DNA of 16,682 nucleotides from a virus (taxonomy: Duplodnaviria; Heunggongvirae; Uroviricota; Caudoviricetes). The translations under genes and the position numbers were made by a program. The notes beneath the pieces were generated by a model, which saw only the letters and a program-made list of their open reading frames with translations, had not been told where the DNA came from and did not search any database. Location: positions 1 through 16,682 of IMG/VR virus record IMGVR_UViG_2695420653_000007; one strand, given 5' to 3'. Positions 13,592-16,682 of the stretch are shown here, piece by piece. Position 1 is the first letter of the stretch, and each line of letters begins with the position of its first letter.

Positions 13592-14420
13592 AGTATTTTA
13601 CCTGCCGAAGAGTGAACCTGTTGAACAGGAGCGAAGAGTGGCTGATATCGATGATGGTTACACCAGATTCGCTAACGAGCTGCTGGAAGCTATCGCAAGT
13701 GCCGATTTAACCGCTCGCCAGTTGAAAGTTATGCTGGCCTACGTCCGGAAAACATATGGATTCAATAAGAAAACAGATCGAATAGCCGATGAGCAAATTG
13801 CTCAGTTAACAGGACTGTCAAGGCAGAATGTTAACAAGGCTAAAAAAGAACTGATTTCAATGAATTGCCTGTTTATGGATGGAAATCAAATCGGTGTAAA
13901 CAGTGAGGTATCTGCGTGGCAATTCAGCAAGTGTCTCCAAGTTAGCAACTTTGTCTCGAAGTTAGAGACAAAAAATGTCTCCAAATTAGAGACACTCAAT
14001 GTCTCGAAGTTAGAGACACACAAAAGACATTCTTTAAAGACAAAAGAAAATATTAATAAACCCCCTATATCCCCCAAAAAAGTTTCTCAGAAGTTCGACC
14101 CGCTAGAAACAGAGTTGCCTGATTGGTTATCAGCAGAAACATGGTTGTCGTGGGTTACCTATCGCAAGGAGATAGGCAAGTCGATCAAGTCTAAGCAAAG
14201 TGTCACTCAGGCTATCAACGTTCTAAGCAGAAGTCTGGAGAAGGGATATACACCTGAAGAAATTATAAACCAGAGCATCGCCAGTGGTTGGCAGGGGATT
14301 TTTGAGCCCAAGACTCCAAAGGGGAAACCTCAACCGAGGCCGCAGCATCGAGCTATGCAGGAAAACTTTGCCACCAAAGATTACGGACAAACTGAAATGC
14401 CTTCATGGGCGCAGGAGTGA
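13578..14420 (+). CDS. O: Replication initiator O (Phage_rep_O N-terminal domain; contains ori iterons)
   Basis: ERRVADIDDGYTRFANELLEAIASADLTARQLKVMLAYVRKTYGFNKKTDRIAD parallels lambda O (ERNVADLDDGYARLSNMLLEAYSGADLTKRQFKVLLAILRKTYGWNKPMDRITD); GGAGG 7 nt before ATG at 13578; iterons inside coding sequence. Confidence 0.85.
   Translation: MSLAEVFYLPKSEPVEQERRVADIDDGYTRFANELLEAIASADLTARQLKVMLAYVRKTYGFNKKTDRIADEQIAQLTGLSRQNVNKAKKELISMNCLFMDGNQIGVNSEVSAWQFSKCLQVSNFVSKLETKNVSKLETLNVSKLETHKRHSLKTKENINKPPISPKKVSQKFDPLETELPDWLSAETWLSWVTYRKEIGKSIKSKQSVTQAINVLSRSLEKGYTPEEIINQSIASGWQGIFEPKTPKGKPQPRPQHRAMQENFATKDYGQTEMPSWAQE
13932..14060. repeat. Origin of replication: four 19-bp palindromic iterons (TGTCTCnnnnnnnGAGACA type) at about 13932, 13952, 13977 and 14000, followed by AT-rich tract
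   Basis: TGTCTCGAAGTTAGAGACA occurs twice exactly (13952..13970, 14000..14018), with variants TGTCTCCAAATTAGAGACA and TGTCTCCAAGTTAGCAAC; they encode the repetitive SKLET peptide in O; A/T-rich 14019..14060. Confidence 0.7.
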
Positions 14421-14422
14421 AC

Positions 14423-15268
14423 ATGACGCTGGATGAAAAGATCTCCCAACTGGAGAAAAAACTTGCAGAATTGAGTTCTCCGCCAATTGCTATCGAGCAT
14501 ACATCTGTAGAAATTGGCACTGGCATCTGTGAAAAACATGGTGAGTTTGAGCAGCGTAACCGTTACTCGACTGGGCCAATTAAGTTTGCCTCAAGACCTA
14601 GCGAATGCCCGGAATGCATGAGAGATGAGCTTATTCGGCTACAGGCAGAGAAGATTAAAATCGACGAGGAATCACGTAAGCGCAATGTCGAGTTTCTGTT
14701 GAATAATCTTGATATTCCTGAACGATTCAAGGGTTGCACACTACAGAACTACGAGCCAGTCAACGACGATGCAAAGAGAGTGCTCAGGGTGTGTCAGGCA
14801 TACGCCAGCAAATGGCCTGAGAGGTTACAGAAAGGCGGTGGGCTGGTTATGTGTGGAAAGCCTGGTACTGGAAAGAATCATCTTGCACTGGCTATCGCCC
14901 GGCACGCAATTACGGAACATCAAAGCTCAGCTATTTTCACAACGGCGCTGAAAATTGCCAGAGAATATAAATCAACATGGTCTAAAAACTCCACCCGCAC
15001 AGAGGATGAAGTGATCCGACAGTTCACTAAACCTGACCTGCTAATTATCGATGAGGTTGGTGTGCAGTTTGGAAGCGAGGCGGAAAAGATGATCATGTTC
15101 GAAATCATCAACACCCGCTACGAGTGCATGAAGCCAACGATCCTGATTAGCAACCAGAGCAAAGATGAACTGTCTGCATTCATTGGTGAGCGTGTTATTG
15201 ACAGGATGAATGATGGCGGCGGGTGCACTCTTGCGTTTACATGGGATAGTTACAGGAGCAGATCGTGA
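14423..15268 (+). CDS. DnaC-like helicase loader (IstB/DnaC AAA+ ATPase) with N-terminal Cys-rich zinc-ribbon-like motif
   Basis: Walker A GKPGTGKNHLALAIA and Walker B LLIIDEVG; CxxH...CPEC near the N-terminus; AGGAG 7 nt before ATG at 14423, just after the O stop. Confidence 0.85.
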   Translation: MTLDEKISQLEKKLAELSSPPIAIEHTSVEIGTGICEKHGEFEQRNRYSTGPIKFASRPSECPECMRDELIRLQAEKIKIDEESRKRNVEFLLNNLDIPERFKGCTLQNYEPVNDDAKRVLRVCQAYASKWPERLQKGGGLVMCGKPGTGKNHLALAIARHAITEHQSSAIFTTALKIAREYKSTWSKNSTRTEDEVIRQFTKPDLLIIDEVGVQFGSEAEKMIMFEIINTRYECMKPTILISNQSKDELSAFIGERVIDRMNDGGGCTLAFTWDSYRSRS

Positions 15269-15555
15269 CTGGAAAAGAAATCATCCTGGAATATCTGAAA
15301 ACTCATGAACAATTCTCCCCACATGAATTAGCACTGATCACCGGAATACCAAATAACAGAATCGCTCAAGCAGCAAGGCATATGGTGAAACAAGGACATT
15401 TGAGTGTTGTTGAGCGTAAGTGGAAGACGGTTATTTATGCAAAACGCAAAGTGAAGAAGGAGCCAATTAAAAGAAATCCAGATGGTACGGGGTGGGGATG
15501 TGCAAATCCAATGACGGCGTTTATTAATAGGGCGCTTATGGAGGTAAGGCAATGA
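15265..15555 (+). CDS. Hypothetical nin-region protein (96 aa), possible winged-helix DNA-binding protein; GTG start
   Basis: Track ORF; GTG overlaps the stop of the DnaC-like gene (GTGA); AGGAG upstream. Confidence 0.55.
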   Translation: MTGKEIILEYLKTHEQFSPHELALITGIPNNRIAQAARHMVKQGHLSVVERKWKTVIYAKRKVKKEPIKRNPDGTGWGCANPMTAFINRALMEVRQ

Positions 15556-15635
15556 CCATCTACATCACTGAGCTAATAACAGGCCTGCTGGTAATCGCAG
15601 GCCTTTTTATTTGGGGGAGAGTAAATCGTGGCTGA
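15552..15635 (+). CDS. Tiny hydrophobic peptide (27 aa, MTIYITELITGLLVIAGLFIWGRVNRG), possible small membrane protein
   Basis: Manual translation; ATG overlaps the stop of the upstream gene (ATGA); single hydrophobic helix. Below track cutoff; speculative. Confidence 0.3.
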   Translation: MTIYITELITGLLVIAGLFIWGRVNRG

Positions 15636-15834
15636 GTTTATGCTCGTCGCATTCAAATGCGTTGGCGTTGGATGGATTCTTCTGACGTTTTTTATTGTTC
15701 TGCATAGCTACATTCGTCTTGTGAATGACGGTAAAGACCCATGGTATACGTTGTTTGGCGCTGCATTTGTCTGGGTGATTATCGGTGTTATGCCTGTTGT
15801 CGTAGCAAAAATGGCGTGGCGTTTTGTGAGTTGA
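15628..15834 (+). CDS. Small membrane protein (68 aa, 2 TM), GTG start
   Basis: Track ORF; GGGGGAGAG upstream of GTG; two hydrophobic helices. Confidence 0.5.
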   Translation: MAEFMLVAFKCVGVGWILLTFFIVLHSYIRLVNDGKDPWYTLFGAAFVWVIIGVMPVVVAKMAWRFVS

Positions 15835-15851
15835 ACTGAGGGTAAGTATCG

Positions 15852-16181
15852 ATGGACGAATCAAGAAAGCAGTTTGAAGAATGGTTTGAAAACAAATATC
15901 ACGTTTCAAGTGACGTGATGAAGATTATGCACATCAAGGTCGAGATTGCATGGGAGGCATGGCAGGCATCGCGAGCAGCTATTGAACTGGATATCGACTG
16001 GCCCGAATCGAATGACGACTTTTGGAAAGATGGTGAAGAAGGTGCTTATGCGATGGGTTATGAGGATGGGAGAGACAAAACGGTAATTGCAGTAATGAAA
16101 GCTATCAGATCCGCTGGAATTAAAGAGAAGAATTTCGATGAAGCAAATATACATGCTTCGCAACGAAGCAATCAGAAATAA
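15852..16181 (+). CDS. Hypothetical nin-region protein (109 aa)
   Basis: Track ORF; GAGGGTAAG upstream of ATG. Confidence 0.6.
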   Translation: MDESRKQFEEWFENKYHVSSDVMKIMHIKVEIAWEAWQASRAAIELDIDWPESNDDFWKDGEEGAYAMGYEDGRDKTVIAVMKAIRSAGIKEKNFDEANIHASQRSNQK

Positions 16182-16584
16182 CGCCATAGACGCAATACTC
16201 TCACTTCCCATCGACGACAAGTCACCCCACGAAGTCCACCTTAAAGAACCCAAACGCAGCAAAGCGCAGAATGACCGTATGTGGCCGATGCTGAACGATG
16301 TTTCGCGTCAGGTGCTATGGCATGGTCAACGGCTGGCACCGGAAGACTGGAAAGACCTGTTCACTGCCCTGTGGCTTAAGACCAAAAAACTGGAGCAACG
16401 AAGTGTTCCTGGTATCGACGGTGGCGTTGTCATGCTTGGCGTGCGTACCAGCAAAATGCGAAAGGCCAGCATGACTGAGCTTATCGAAATCATGTTCTGG
16501 TTCGGCTCAGAGCGCAACGTGCGGTGGAGTGATGACTCCCGGCGAGAGTATGAATGGTCACAACGAAAAGGGAAGGCTGCATGA
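16138..16584 (+). CDS. ninB: NinB (Orf-family recombination mediator)
   Basis: QNDRMWPMLNDVSRQVLWHGQRLAPEDWKDLF parallels lambda NinB (QNRKLWACLGDVSRQVEWHGRWLDAESWKCVF); start could alternatively be the ATG 15 nt downstream. Confidence 0.85.
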   Translation: MKQIYMLRNEAIRNNAIDAILSLPIDDKSPHEVHLKEPKRSKAQNDRMWPMLNDVSRQVLWHGQRLAPEDWKDLFTALWLKTKKLEQRSVPGIDGGVVMLGVRTSKMRKASMTELIEIMFWFGSERNVRWSDDSRREYEWSQRKGKAA

Positions 16585-16682
16585 CTATCAAATCAAATAC
16601 GCCAGCACACGACAAGGACTGCTGGCAAACGCCGCTTTGGCTTTTTGATGCACTGGATATTGAGTTTGGATTCTGGCTGGAT
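16581..16682 (+). CDS. Phage Dam-family DNA N6-adenine methyltransferase, 5' fragment (continues beyond window)
   Basis: N-terminus MTIKSNTPAHDKDCWQTPLWLFDALDIEFGFWLD matches the remembered start of phage Dam-family enzymes (W-x-TP-x-LF ... F-x-LD); ATG overlaps the ninB stop. Confidence 0.65.
   Translation, partial: MTIKSNTPAHDKDCWQTPLWLFDALDIEFGFWLD

Noticed and set aside
15607-16262. Minus-strand ORFs 15607..15909 and 15906..16262 (100 and 118 aa)
   Set aside because: Antisense to well-supported plus-strand nin genes with SDs and coupling; translations are low-complexity.
1-16682. CRISPR array, rRNA or intact tRNA genes, IS elements
   Set aside because: No regularly spaced direct repeats with unique spacers, no rRNA-like conserved stretches, no cloverleaf-compatible tRNA and no transposase-like ORF or terminal inverted repeats were seen; the only repeat clusters are the ori iterons, the operators and the low-complexity coding tract.

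Overview
This window is the early/immunity/replication region of a mosaic lambdoid prophage (coords ~1.3-16.7 kb) next to a chromosomal LacY-family MFS transporter gene (1..1248). All calls are from reading the sequence and ORF track, with protein identities from remembered family signatures; no database search was run. Layout: a leftward pL operon on the minus strand (N, an AT-rich three-gene accessory block, a charged coiled-coil protein, cIII, kil, arf, erf, ssb, then a translationally coupled accessory block with a small methyltransferase and an Ea22-like protein, ending at xis); a lambda-like switch (cI, cro, 15-bp operators AATACnnnnnGTATT, leaderless cI); and a rightward pR operon (cro, nutR, cII, a T5orf172 gene, O with internal ori iterons, a DnaC-like loader, nin genes, NinB and the start of a Dam-like methyltransferase). 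No intact integrase lies between the transporter and xis, so the element may be a grounded prophage. The best candidates for undescribed biology are a small 3-TM membrane protein co-transcribed with cI at the rex position, the AT-rich T5orf172 gene between cII and O, the AT-rich block downstream of N, and a self-promoted moron near the left end.
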